A DNA stretch of 64,000 nucleotides from Bacillota bacterium (GTDB lineage: Bacteria > Bacillota > Sulfobacillia > JAJYWN01 > JAJZPE01): contig JAJZPE010000003.1 of the NCBI GenBank assembly GCA_021811325.1, positions 2,054-66,053 of the forward strand, read 5' to 3'. Made by a program: the position numbers and the translations under genes. This document shows positions 9,126-18,459 of the stretch, piece after piece. A model generated the notes under the pieces. It searched no databases and was not told the origin of the DNA. It saw nothing but the letters and a program-made list of their open reading frames with translations. Each line of letters opens with the position of its first letter. Position 1 is the stretch's first letter.

Positions 9126-10387
9126 ACCCCGCCGGCCGAGCGTTCGCCGTCGTGGTCGCCGCCGGCAAGGGCAGCCGGATGGGGGCCTCGGTGAGCAAGG
9201 TCTACCTGCCTCTTCACGGACGCCCACTGTTGGCCCATACCCTCGATGTCTTCGAGCATTGCCGGGCCGTCGACCAGGTCTGCCTGGTCGTCGCCGACGG
9301 GGACCGGTCACGCTGTCAAGAGGTCCTCGGGGGCGGGGCGTTCACCAAGGTCACCCGGCTGGTCTCCGGCGGGAGGACCCGTCAGGAATCGGTCTATAAT
9401 GGTGTGACCATCTTGAGCGACATTCTCCGGGCGAGCGACGACGTGGTCGCCATCCACGACGGCGCCCGCCCGTTGCTTTCCCCGGCCCTTCTCCGCAAGG
9501 CCCTGGACGCGGCCAGCAAGTTCGGGGCGGCGGTGCCGGTCATCCCGGCGAAGGACACGGTGAAGTGGGTGGGGGCCGACGGCTTCGTCAAGGGCACCCC
9601 CGACCGGGCCCACCTCGGGCTGGTCCAGACGCCGCAGGTCTTTCGGGCCGGACTGCTCCTTGGCGTCCTCGAGTGGGCCAGGCGCCGCGGCATCAGCGCC
9701 ACCGACGAGGCCGCCCTCTTCGAGCAGCGACTGGTCGAAGTCAAGGCGATTCCCGGGGACGAGGAAAACCTCAAAGTGACCACGCCTCACGACCTCTTCC
9801 TGGCCGAGGCCATCCTCGCCGGGCGCGGGAAAGCCGGGTCCGGGACGGCTGGGGCGGGGAAGGACGGGAGCGCCGTGCGCGTCGGTATCGGCTACGACAT
9901 CCACCGGCTAGAGGCCGGGAGGCGGCTGGTCCTCGGCGGGGTCGAGCTGGCCCACCCGGACGGGCTCGGGTTGGCCGGTCACTCGGACGCCGACGCGGCC
10001 GTGCACGCGGTGATGGACGCCCTCCTGGGGGCAGCCGGGCTGAGCGACATCGGGTCCCTCTTCCCACCGGACGATCCTCGCTACGCCGGCGCGTCCAGCC
10101 TCAGCCTGCTCGAGATGGTGGTCGCCAGGCTGGCCGAGCGGGGCCTGGCCACGGCCAACGTGGACGTGACCATCGTCGCCGAGGCGCCCAGGATCATGCC
10201 CCACGTCGAGGCGATGAAACAAAACATCGCCGCGGCCTGTCAGCTCGATCCGGAGGCCGTCGGGGTCAAGGCGACGACCAACGAAGGGCTCGGTCCGGTC
10301 GGCGAGGGCCGCGGCATTGCGGCCTACGCGGTGGCCGTGGTCAGGCCGCAGACGCCGGACCGCCGGGGCCGCGCCAGGCGCCGATGA
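9122..10387 (+). CDS. ispDF: Bifunctional IspD/IspF (MEP cytidylyltransferase fused to MEcPP synthase)
   Basis: N-terminal half AVVVAAGKGSRMG... is IspD. C-terminal half VRVGIGYDIHRL...HSDADAAVHAVMDALLGAAGL is IspF. Single 421-aa ORF. Confidence 0.9.
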   Translation: MNPAGRAFAVVVAAGKGSRMGASVSKVYLPLHGRPLLAHTLDVFEHCRAVDQVCLVVADGDRSRCQEVLGGGAFTKVTRLVSGGRTRQESVYNGVTILSDILRASDDVVAIHDGARPLLSPALLRKALDAASKFGAAVPVIPAKDTVKWVGADGFVKGTPDRAHLGLVQTPQVFRAGLLLGVLEWARRRGISATDEAALFEQRLVEVKAIPGDEENLKVTTPHDLFLAEAILAGRGKAGSGTAGAGKDGSAVRVGIGYDIHRLEAGRRLVLGGVELAHPDGLGLAGHSDADAAVHAVMDALLGAAGLSDIGSLFPPDDPRYAGASSLSLLEMVVARLAERGLATANVDVTIVAEAPRIMPHVEAMKQNIAAACQLDPEAVGVKATTNEGLGPVGEGRGIAAYAVAVVRPQTPDRRGRARRR

Positions 10388-10465
10388 CGGCACGAAAGGT
10401 CGGACCGGGCGACCGCGCCCGAGCAGCCTTGTACATCCAGGTAACGACAGGCAACGGAAGGTGAA

Positions 10466-10504
10466 CCGGGGAGGGTTTCCAGTCCTCCCCGGTTTTTCGT
10501 TTCC
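10466..10504 (+). terminator. Rho-independent terminator after ispDF
   Basis: CCGGGGAGGG-tttccagt-CCTCCCCGG followed by TTTTTCGTTTCC. Confidence 0.7.
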
Positions 10505-10684
10505 GGGCAAGGCCCTTTAGCCGCGGGTTTAGGGCGGGCCCGGCCACTTGTGAACAATCCTGCCAAGGCTGCATAAATATGGACTGAGACTGCAAAGAAT
10601 CAAGTTGCCGCATGTGGCCAAGGCTATGGCCCAGTTATGGCGCGATTCCAGGCGGTGCAGCAAATCACGGAAAGGAGGATGGTG

Positions 10685-11443
10685 ATGAAGAAGCTGATTT
10701 GCAGCCTCCTTTTCCTCGGCCTGTTGACCGCTTTATGCACCGGGCTCGCCCGGGCCGCCGCTGCCCCGGCGGTGACCGTCAGCGCCGCCCAGATCGATGG
10801 CCGTGAGCTGGTCGAGGTCTTCATCCGAGGCCGGGTCGTCATGCGGATAGGCTCCCCCGGCGGCGGCCTGAGCCCCATGGCCAGAGCGAACACGGTTGCC
10901 GAACGGCTGACCTCCCTCATCTCCAGTGGCGCGCGACCCGGCCAGGTGAACTTCAAACAGGTCGACGGGCTCTGGGCGGTCACCGCCAGGGACCAGGTCG
11001 TGGTCACTGTGGATGAGCGGGCTGCCCAGGTCCGCGGCAGCGAGCCGAAGGACCTGGCCTTCACTTGGGCCGGCAACATCCGCGTCGCTTTGGGCGGCGA
11101 GCCCCTGGCGGCCCTCGATTACTGGTTGCCGGGCGGGACGGCGGAAGTCGCCCGGACCGAGTACGGCGTGGCCTCCTGGTACGGCCCGGGCTTTCACGGC
11201 CGTCAGACGGCCAACGGCGAGACCTTTGAGCAGCAGGCCCTCACCGCGGCCCACCGGACCCTGCCTTTCGGCACTCAGGTCCTGGTGACCAACCTGGCCA
11301 ACGGCCGCAGCGTCCTGGTCAAGATAAACGACCGCGGGCCATGGGTCGGAGGCCGGGTCATCGACCTTTCCAAAGGGGCGGCGCTGGCCCTGGACCTTAT
11401 CGACAGCGGCCTCGGGCGGGTCCGCCTGGACATCGTCCGGTAG
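10685..11443 (+). CDS. Secreted RlpA-like double-psi beta-barrel (DPBB) protein
   Basis: Signal peptide [29 protein letters not shown]-terminal DPBB motifs ([19 protein letters not shown] ... [11 protein letters not shown]). ATG at 10685 has AGGAGG 6 nt upstream; the ORF track start at 10637 is probably too early. Confidence 0.8.
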   Translation: MKKLICSLLFLGLLTALCTGLARAAAAPAVTVSAAQIDGRELVEVFIRGRVVMRIGSPGGGLSPMARANTVAERLTSLISSGARPGQVNFKQVDGLWAVTARDQVVVTVDERAAQVRGSEPKDLAFTWAGNIRVALGGEPLAALDYWLPGGTAEVARTEYGVASWYGPGFHGRQTANGETFEQQALTAAHRTLPFGTQVLVTNLANGRSVLVKINDRGPWVGGRVIDLSKGAALALDLIDSGLGRVRLDIVR

Positions 11444-11445
11444 CG

Positions 11446-11474
11446 TTGCGGCGCCCACCCGGCGGTGGTATAAT
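11446..11474 (+). promoter_or_regulatory. Promoter (TTGCGG-17-TGgTATAAT) for the cysS leader
   Basis: Read directly; extended -10. Confidence 0.5.
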
Positions 11475-11479
11475 ACTTC

Positions 11480-11800
11480 AAAAGGATTCATGTCCAAAAG
11501 CGATGACCGGGAGATAGTAAGCTTCCATCCCCAGACAGAGAAGGCCGGGCAGCTGAGAACGGCCGCCGGACGGAGGAAGCCGAATGCGCCCGCGAGCCGC
11601 TGGTCGAAGCCGCCCCATGGGCGGTGCTAGACTGGGCCGGCCGGCCGCCGTTAAGTGGCCGGGGCATGAACGCCCGCCGCCTCCGCCGGCCGGGCGGAGT
11701 GCCCGCCGAGGGGCGCCGCCGGGCGCCCGAACCAGAGTGGAAACACGGACCTCCCGTCTCTGCCCGCATCGTCGCGGCGTGGGAGGTCTTTTTTCGTCGG
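11480..11800 (+). promoter_or_regulatory. Putative T-box riboswitch leader of cysS with intrinsic terminator (11748..11795)
   Basis: T-box-like sequence AACCAGAGUGGAAACACGG (14/19 identities to AAUUAGGGUGGUACCGCGG) immediately 5' of the terminator hairpin GACCUCCC...GGGAGGUC plus UUUUUUCG. GA-motif-like AGAGAAGG early in the leader. Candidate UGC specifier at gaaUGCg. About 390-nt leader before cysS. Confidence 0.5.
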
Positions 11801-11863
11801 CGCGTGGGAATGCGCGGCCGACTGGCGAAAGATAGGGACAGCACGCCACAGGAGGTGAGGCCG

Positions 11864-13267
11864 GTGGGAATCCGGGTCTACAACACCCTGACCCGGCGGA
11901 AAGAGGACTTCAGGCCGATCGAGCCGGGTCGCGTGGGGATCTACGTCTGCGGCCCGACGGTCTGGGACTACATGCACATCGGCAACGCCCGGCCAATAGT
12001 CTTCTTCGACGTGGTCCGGCGGTACCTGAAGTACCGGGGGCTGGACGTCAAGTACGTCCAGAACTTCACCGACGTCGACGACAAGATCATCAACCGGGCC
12101 CGGGGCCTCGGCGTCGACCCGATGGCGATGGCTGAGGGCTACATCAAAGCCTACTTCGAGGACGCCGGCGCGCTTGGGGTGGCTCCGGCCGACGTCCACC
12201 CGCGGGCCAGCCGGCACATCGAAGAGATCATCGCCTTCATCGAGGACCTCATCGCCAAGGGCTACGCCTACGAGGTCGGCGGGGACGTCTATTTCTCGGC
12301 CGCCCGGGACAAGGCCTACGGGCAGCTTTCCGGGCAGTCCCTGGAGGACCTCAAGGCCGGGGCCCGGGTCGAGGTCGACGAGCGCAAGCGGGCCCCCGAG
12401 GACTTCGTCCTCTGGAAGAAGCAGAAGCCGGGCGAACCGGCGTGGCCCAGCCCCTGGGGGCCGGGGCGGCCGGGGTGGCACATCGAATGCTCGGCGATGG
12501 TCAGGAAGCACCTCGGGCCGACCGCCGACATCCACGGGGGCGGGTCCGACCTCGTCTTTCCGCACCACGAGAACGAGGCCGCGCAGAGCCGGGCGGCCAC
12601 CGGGGCGCCCTTGGCCAACTACTGGGTGCACAACGCCTTCCTGAACATCGAGGGCGAGAAGATGTCCAAATCCCTGGGGAACTTCATCGTCCCGCGCGAG
12701 ATCATGCGTTCATACCGGCCGGAGGCCCTGCGCTTCTTCCTCCTCTCGGCCCACTACCGCAGTCCGCTGAATTTCACCGAGGAGCAGCTCAAGGCGGCCG
12801 ACGCGGCCCTCGAGCGCCTCGACAACGCCCTCGCCAACCTGAAGCAGTGGCTGGTGGTCAGCCAGCGCGAGGCCATGGACGACGAAGAGCGGAAACTCCT
12901 CGGGCGCCTGACGGCCCACCGCGAGCGGTTCATCACGGCCATGGATGACGACTTCAACACGGCCGACGCCATCAGTGCCCTCTTCGAACTGACCCGTGAC
13001 GTCCACGCGACCCTCGGGCCGCAGGCCTCCAAAGAGCTTGTCAAGGCGGTCATCGACCTCTATCACGAGCTCGGGGACGTCCTCGGCCTGCTCCGCCGGG
13101 ACGAGCAGGCATCCCTGGACGACGCCGTCGAGCGGCTCATCGCCCAGCGCCAGGAGGCCCGCCGGCGCCGCGACTGGGCCGAGTCCGACCGCCTCCGTGA
13201 CGAGCTGGCCGCCAAGGGCATCATCCTGGAGGACACCCCGCAGGGCGTCCGGCGGAAGAGGAAGTGA
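11864..13267 (+). CDS. cysS: Cysteinyl-tRNA synthetase (GTG start; ORF track frame begins earlier at 11624 inside the leader)
   Basis: Class I aaRS motifs HIGN and KMSKS, CP/zinc-binding region. RBS GGAGG lies 8 nt before the GTG at 11864. Confidence 0.9.
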   Translation: MGIRVYNTLTRRKEDFRPIEPGRVGIYVCGPTVWDYMHIGNARPIVFFDVVRRYLKYRGLDVKYVQNFTDVDDKIINRARGLGVDPMAMAEGYIKAYFEDAGALGVAPADVHPRASRHIEEIIAFIEDLIAKGYAYEVGGDVYFSAARDKAYGQLSGQSLEDLKAGARVEVDERKRAPEDFVLWKKQKPGEPAWPSPWGPGRPGWHIECSAMVRKHLGPTADIHGGGSDLVFPHHENEAAQSRAATGAPLANYWVHNAFLNIEGEKMSKSLGNFIVPREIMRSYRPEALRFFLLSAHYRSPLNFTEEQLKAADAALERLDNALANLKQWLVVSQREAMDDEERKLLGRLTAHRERFITAMDDDFNTADAISALFELTRDVHATLGPQASKELVKAVIDLYHELGDVLGLLRRDEQASLDDAVERLIAQRQEARRRRDWAESDRLRDELAAKGIILEDTPQGVRRKRK

Positions 13268-13271
13268 GGTC

Positions 13272-13670
13272 TTGGCCGAGCCTTTCGATCCCTCGTTGCT
13301 CCCTCCGCTGGTCCTGGCCTACGTCGGCGACGCGATCTTCGAGCTCGAAGTCCGGGCCCGGCTGGTCGAGGCCGGGGTAGCCGACCCCGAGGCCCTCCAT
13401 CAACGGGCCGTGGCCCACGTCCGGGCCGTCGCCCAGGCCCAGTCATGGCGCGGGATCAGGGACCACCTGGCCCCCGAGGAGGCCGCCGTCGCCCGGCGCG
13501 GGCGGAACGCCAAGACTGGGCGCCACCCGCGGGGCACGACCAGCGAGGAATACCACGACAGCACGGCCCTCGAAGCCCTCCTGGGCTATCTCTACCTGAG
13601 TGGGCGGATTGAGCGTCTGAAGGAGATCATGGCTCTCGCGCGAAGTAAGGCCGAAGAAGGCCCGAGTTAA
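13272..13670 (+). CDS. mrnC: Mini-ribonuclease III (TTG start)
   Basis: LAYVGDAIFELEVR catalytic signature of Mini-III. Conserved position after cysS. Confidence 0.8.
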   Translation: MAEPFDPSLLPPLVLAYVGDAIFELEVRARLVEAGVADPEALHQRAVAHVRAVAQAQSWRGIRDHLAPEEAAVARRGRNAKTGRHPRGTTSEEYHDSTALEALLGYLYLSGRIERLKEIMALARSKAEEGPS

Positions 13671-13688
13671 GCGCGGGGAGGAAGGCCG

Positions 13689-14426
13689 ATGAAGGTCAGA
13701 CTGATGAGTCATACCCCGGACCCCGAGCGCGCCGTGGCCCTGGCGGCCAGGCTCTGCTACTCCCCGGTCGGCGTCGACGAACTGGAGGAGCAGATGAGCC
13801 GCGAGGAGATGGCCCGGCTGATCCGGAACGTCGTCCGGATGGGGCACCACTCGACCCTTGAACACGCCGCCTTCGAGTTCGCCGTCGAGGGCGTCTCCCG
13901 CACCCTGACCCATCAGCTCGTCAGGCACCGCCTGGCCTCATACTCGCAGCAGTCGCAACGCTACGTCACCCAGAGCGGCTTCAATCACGTGGTCCCGCCG
14001 ACGGTCCGCCGGGAGCCCGCGGCCAAGGCTGTCTTCGACGAGGCCATGGCCCGGGCGGGGGCGGCCTACGACGAGTTGACGCGGCTCGGCGTGCCGAAGG
14101 AAGACGCCCGTTACGTCCTGCCCAACGCCACCGGCACGAAGATCGTTATCAGCATGAACGCCCGCGCCCTGCTCCATTTCTTCGAGCTCCGCTGCTGCAC
14201 CAGGGCCCAGTGGGAGATTCGGACGCTGGCCTACCGGATGCTCAAGGAGGTCAAGGAAGCAGCCCCGATCCTCTTCGAGAAGGCCGGACCGCCCTGCACG
14301 TCACTGGGGTTTTGCCGCGAGGGCCGGATGTCCTGCGGCCGCATCAAGCGGCTCAAACGCGAACGCCTGGACTTCGTCGTCGCGCCGGTGACCGGTCGGG
14401 GCGGCGGGTCCAAGGGCAAGGAATAG
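13689..14426 (+). CDS. thyX: FAD-dependent thymidylate synthase ThyX
   Basis: ThyX motif RHRLASYSQQSQRY. RBS GGAGGAAGG. Extra basic Cys-containing C-terminal tail. Confidence 0.9.
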   Translation: MKVRLMSHTPDPERAVALAARLCYSPVGVDELEEQMSREEMARLIRNVVRMGHHSTLEHAAFEFAVEGVSRTLTHQLVRHRLASYSQQSQRYVTQSGFNHVVPPTVRREPAAKAVFDEAMARAGAAYDELTRLGVPKEDARYVLPNATGTKIVISMNARALLHFFELRCCTRAQWEIRTLAYRMLKEVKEAAPILFEKAGPPCTSLGFCREGRMSCGRIKRLKRERLDFVVAPVTGRGGGSKGKE

Positions 14427-14466
14427 GCCAGGTCAATCAGGGAGAAGCTAGAAAGGGTGGGGCGGT

Positions 14467-15228
14467 TTGGACGCCGGAGGCAGTGAACCGATCGAGGGCC
14501 GGAACCCGGTCCTGGAAGCCCTTCGCGCCGGTCGAGCCATCGACCGGCTTCTCGTCGCCGAGGGTACGAGCCCGGGTTTTGTCGACAAGCTGGCAGCCCT
14601 CGCCCGCGAGCGCGGGGTGAGGGTCGAGTTCGTCGGCCGGGCCCACCTCGAGGGCCTCGCCAGGTCCCGCGCCCATCAGGGCGTCGTGGCCTTCGCCCCG
14701 GCCCGCGAGTACGCCGGCGTCGAGGACGTCCTCGCCCGCGCCGGCGGGGGCGGTGCGGCCCTCGTTGTGGCTCTCGACGGGGTCGAGGACCCGCAGAACC
14801 TCGGGGCCATCATCCGCTCCTGCGACGCCGCCGGAGCCCATGGGGTGGTCCTGACCGAGCGACGCTCCGCCCCCCTTGGGCCGGGGGCCGTCAAGGCCTC
14901 CGCCGGAGCCGTCGAGCACGTCCCCGTGGCCCGGGTGGTCAACCTGGTCCGGACCCTGGAGACGTTGAAAGAGGCCGGTCTATGGGTCTACGGCGCCGAC
15001 GGCCAGGGCGACCGGGTCTACCACGAGGTCGACCTGACCGGGCCGGCCGTCATCGTCATCGGTGGTGAGGGCCACGGGCTCTCCCGCCTGGTCAAGGAAC
15101 GCTGCGACTTCCTCATCAGGATACCGATGTTCGGTAAGGTGAACTCCCTCAACGCGTCGGCCGCGGCGGCGGTCATCCTCTTCGAGGCCCGCCGCCAGCG
15201 CGGCGCGGCGGGGCGACCGGCCCCGTGA
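14467..15228 (+). CDS. rlmB: 23S rRNA (guanosine-2'-O)-methyltransferase RlmB (SpoU family)
   Basis: N-terminal substrate-binding domain (GRNPVLEAL) plus SPOUT fold with SAM motifs. Conserved position (yacO). Confidence 0.85.
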   Translation: MDAGGSEPIEGRNPVLEALRAGRAIDRLLVAEGTSPGFVDKLAALARERGVRVEFVGRAHLEGLARSRAHQGVVAFAPAREYAGVEDVLARAGGGGAALVVALDGVEDPQNLGAIIRSCDAAGAHGVVLTERRSAPLGPGAVKASAGAVEHVPVARVVNLVRTLETLKEAGLWVYGADGQGDRVYHEVDLTGPAVIVIGGEGHGLSRLVKERCDFLIRIPMFGKVNSLNASAAAAVILFEARRQRGAAGRPAP

Positions 15229-15240
15229 CCGTGGGAAGGA

Positions 15241-16797
15241 GTGGTCCGTATCGCCGGTCCCGGCCCAAGTCATCCCTACCGGACGATAATCATCGTCCTT
15301 TTTGTTTTCCCCGTCGTCCTTGGCCCGCTGGCCTTCGCGGCCGGCCCCGGCCTGGACCGGGTGACTGAAGCGGTCTTCCTCAAGGGGCGCGTGGCTCCGG
15401 GGACGGTGGTCATGGACCGGCCCTTGGGCGGCCTGAGCCGTGACGAGGCCACGGACGTCCTCCTCGGAATCGCCCGCGAGTACCGGCACCAGCGGATCGA
15501 GCTCCGCTATGGGGCCAGGGTCTTCCACCTGAGACCGCCCGACCTGGGCGTGACCCTCGACGCCCTGGCCACCCTCGAGCGGGTCTGGGCCGTCGGGCGG
15601 ACGGGCGGTCTATCGACGCGCCTGGCGTCTTGGGCTCACGGCCGCCGCGGGACGGTCATCATCGAGCCGGCCCTGGCCGTCCAGGCGTCGGTCCTCCACC
15701 GTGGGCTCATCGAGGTGGCCCACGAGGTCGACCTGCAGCCCGTCAACGCCGCCCTCGACCAGGACACGGGGCTCATCCGGCCGGGCAGGCCGGGCCGCCG
15801 CCTCGTGCTGGAGACGACCGAGCGGATGGTCCGCGAACTGGTGGCGGCCGGCGCCGCGTTGGAGCCGATCCGCGCGGAGCTGCCGGTGGAAGGCCTCCCG
15901 CCGCGAGTGACCATCAATGACCTCGCCGACATCGACCGCCAGGTCATCGGCCAGTTCACCACATACTTCGACCAGGGCGTCGCCGGGCGCTCGCACAACA
16001 TCGCCCGGGCGGCGGCCGTCATCGACGGGGAGGTTCTGCACCCCGGGGAGACCTTCTCCTTCAACGAGACGGTCGGGCCGACCACCGCCGAGCGCGGCTA
16101 CGAGGAGGCTCTCGAGCTCTTCAAGGGGGTCTTCATCACCGGCGTCGGCGGCGGGGCCTGCCAGGTCTCGTCGACCCTCTACAACTCGGTCCTCCTGGCC
16201 GGCCTGCAGGTCGTCGAGCGTTACAACCACTCCCGTGTCCTGCCCTACGTGGCCGCCGGCCGCGACGCGACGGTCAATTACGGTGGGGCCGACTTCCGCT
16301 TCCGCAACAACACGTCTTACCCGCTGCAGGTCCGGGCGACCGTGCGCGACGGGGCCATCACCACGCGCTTCATCGGCCGCCGCGACCCCGGACCCGACAT
16401 CATCATCCAGACCTACGACCGCGAAGAGATCAAGCCGGAGGTCGAGGCGACGGTCGACGAGACGCTCACGCCCGGGCAGCGCTTCGTCGAACAAGAAGGC
16501 GTGACCGGGCTCAAAGTCACGGTGGCCCGCGTTTGGGTCGGCGACGGAGTCGAGGTCCGCCGGGAGATTGTTTCCCGCGACGTCTATCCGGCCTTCCCGG
16601 AGGTGGCCAAGGTCGGGCCGTCGCCTGCGGCTCCTGAACCGGCACCGGGCGACGAACCCGGGGCCGGCAGTCCCGAGGGCGGACCCGACGCGCCGGGCGG
16701 AGCCGGTCCGACCGGGCCGGTCAAACCCGGTCTCCAACCCACACGGCCGGAAAGCGCAGGAAAAAAGACCACCGAAGGACAGGAAAACGGACGCTAG
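15241..16797 (+). CDS. VanW-domain protein with N-terminal membrane anchor and C-terminal G5 domain
   Basis: VanW core (GETFSFNETVGP...GGGACQVSSTLYN) and G5 domain near the C-terminus, then Pro/Gly-rich tail. Confidence 0.8.
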   Translation: MVRIAGPGPSHPYRTIIIVLFVFPVVLGPLAFAAGPGLDRVTEAVFLKGRVAPGTVVMDRPLGGLSRDEATDVLLGIAREYRHQRIELRYGARVFHLRPPDLGVTLDALATLERVWAVGRTGGLSTRLASWAHGRRGTVIIEPALAVQASVLHRGLIEVAHEVDLQPVNAALDQDTGLIRPGRPGRRLVLETTERMVRELVAAGAALEPIRAELPVEGLPPRVTINDLADIDRQVIGQFTTYFDQGVAGRSHNIARAAAVIDGEVLHPGETFSFNETVGPTTAERGYEEALELFKGVFITGVGGGACQVSSTLYNSVLLAGLQVVERYNHSRVLPYVAAGRDATVNYGGADFRFRNNTSYPLQVRATVRDGAITTRFIGRRDPGPDIIIQTYDREEIKPEVEATVDETLTPGQRFVEQEGVTGLKVTVARVWVGDGVEVRREIVSRDVYPAFPEVAKVGPSPAAPEPAPGDEPGAGSPEGGPDAPGGAGPTGPVKPGLQPTRPESAGKKTTEGQENGR

Positions 16798-16828
16798 AGC
16801 GGGAAAACGCGGGAAAAACCACGTTGGC

Positions 16829-16858
16829 TTGACTTGTCGGGAATCGCTGGGTTATAAT
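16829..16858 (+). promoter_or_regulatory. sigH promoter (TTGACT-18-TATAAT)
   Basis: Read directly. About 200-nt 5' UTR. Confidence 0.5.
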
Positions 16859-17056
16859 GAACCTGTACTTTAAGGTCAGTCCAGCTTAAGCCCGCAATCG
16901 GGCCCCATAACTGCATCTTCGGCACCCCATACCCACATTCAAAAGCGCTGCCTTTTTGAATTTTTTCGTTCTTTATGGGGCTCTTGCCGAATGGGGTCGA
17001 GAGCGTGCCTTGCGGATGGTCGTTGCCCAGCGTTCTGGCCGCCGGAGGGATGGCGC

Positions 17057-17731
17057 GTGAGTGTCGAAGACCGGGAGAGGTTCCATTACGACACCATGGT
17101 CGACGAGGAAATCGTTGAATACGCCAGGGAAGGCAACGACGGCGCCCTGGAATTCCTCATCAACAAATACAAGAACTTCGTGCGGGCCAAGGCTCGCTCG
17201 TACTTCCTCATTGGCGCCGACCGCGAGGACATCATCCAGGAAGGGATGATCGGCCTGTATAAGGCGATCAGGGACTTCCGCAGCGACAAGCTGTCCTCGT
17301 TCCGGGCCTTTGCCGAGCTTTGCATCACCCGCCAGATCATTACGGCCATCAAGACGGCCACCCGGCAGAAGCACATCCCGCTCAACTCCTACGTCTCCTT
17401 GAACAAACCGATCTATGACGAGGATTCCGACCGCACCCTCCTCGACGTCCTCTCCGGCTCGAAGATCACCGACCCCGAGGAGCTCATCATCAGCCGTGAG
17501 GAGTTCGGAGATATCGAGGAGAAGATGGGCGAGATCCTGAGCGACCTCGAGTGGAAGGTCCTCATGTCCTACCTCGACGGCAAGTCGTACCAGGAGATCG
17601 CCGTCGACCTCAAGCGGCACGTAAAGTCGATCGACAACGCGCTCCAGCGGGTCAAGCGTAAGCTTGAGCGTTATCTGGACAAGCGTAACGAGGCCGCCGA
17701 GGCCGACAAGGTGCGCGACGACGCGCACTGA
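17057..17731 (+). CDS. sigH: RNA polymerase sigma-H factor (GTG start)
   Basis: Sigma-70 regions 2 and 4 (DIIQEGMIGLYKAIRDF; SYQEIAVDLKRHVKSIDNALQR). RBS GGAGGG lies 7 nt before GTG. Conserved position before rpmG-secE-nusG. Confidence 0.9.
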   Translation: MSVEDRERFHYDTMVDEEIVEYAREGNDGALEFLINKYKNFVRAKARSYFLIGADREDIIQEGMIGLYKAIRDFRSDKLSSFRAFAELCITRQIITAIKTATRQKHIPLNSYVSLNKPIYDEDSDRTLLDVLSGSKITDPEELIISREEFGDIEEKMGEILSDLEWKVLMSYLDGKSYQEIAVDLKRHVKSIDNALQRVKRKLERYLDKRNEAAEADKVRDDAH

Positions 17732-17771
17732 AAAGCAGATGCGGCGGGCGACGCGGGGGCTTGGCCGCGGG

Positions 17772-17800
17772 TTGCAAACGAGCCGCGCCTGTGTTATCAT
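17772..17800 (+). promoter_or_regulatory. tRNA operon promoter (TTGCAA-17-TGtTATCAT)
   Basis: Read directly, about 20 nt before the first tRNA. Confidence 0.5.
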
Positions 17801-17821
17801 GTTTTCTGCGCGGTCCACCAG

Positions 17822-17896
17822 GCTGGCGTAGCTCAATGGCAGAGCAGCTGATTTGTAATCAGCAGGTTGCGGGTTCGAATCCCATCGCCAGCTCCA
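17822..17896 (+). tRNA. tRNA-Thr (anticodon TGT)
   Basis: Cloverleaf: acceptor GCTGGCG/CGCCAGC, anticodon stem GCTGA/TCAGC with loop TTTGTAA, T-loop TTCGAAT, 3' CCA encoded. Confidence 0.8.
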
Positions 17897-17906
17897 AGTC
17901 AATCAT

Positions 17907-17990
17907 GGAGAGGTTCCCGAGCTGGCCAAAGGGGACAGACTGTAAATCTGTTGGCGGACGCCTTCGGTGGTTCGAATCCACCCCTCTCCA
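17907..17990 (+). tRNA. tRNA-Tyr (anticodon GTA), long variable arm
   Basis: Anticodon stem ACAGA/TCTGT with loop CTGTAAA, long variable arm, T-arm GGTGG/CCACC, 3' CCA. Confidence 0.85.
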
Positions 17991-18004
17991 CAAAGACGTC
18001 TTAT

Positions 18005-18081
<77 letters not shown>

Positions 18082-18113
18082 TTTGCGCCGGCGCGAAGCC
18101 GCGCCGGTCCGGC

Positions 18114-18186
<73 letters not shown>

Positions 18187-18192
18187 CAGGCA

Positions 18193-18220
18193 AGCCCCCG
18201 TTTCAGGGGGCTTTTCCTTT
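18193..18220 (+). terminator. Rho-independent terminator after the tRNA operon
   Basis: AGCCCCC-gtttca-GGGGGCT followed by TTTCCTTT. Confidence 0.75.
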
Positions 18221-18382
18221 CCCGCGCCGTCCGCGGCCGCCGCGCCTGAGGCGCGGTCCCGGGCCGCACGGCGCTTCAAGAGCGAGAGGATTTGGCCGGG
18301 ACCCGCCGAAAACGGGCCTTCGCCTGGCTCTCCGGATATCGCCGAAGCCCGCCCCATCCCTGCTCCGCGGGGCCGGCCAAGA

Positions 18383-18411
18383 TTGACAGTGGTTTGAAAC
18401 TATGATAGATT
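18383..18411 (+). promoter_or_regulatory. rpmG promoter (TTGACA-17-TGaTAGATT)
   Basis: Read directly. Confidence 0.5.
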
Positions 18412-18459
18412 GTAATAGCGATTGTCCCTGTGGCCGGTCCGGAGCGGAGGTGTGAAGAC

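Noticed and set aside
11624-11863. Upstream 80 codons of the ORF-track cysS frame.
   Set aside because: They lie within the T-box-like leader and terminator. CysS homology and the RBS start at 11864.
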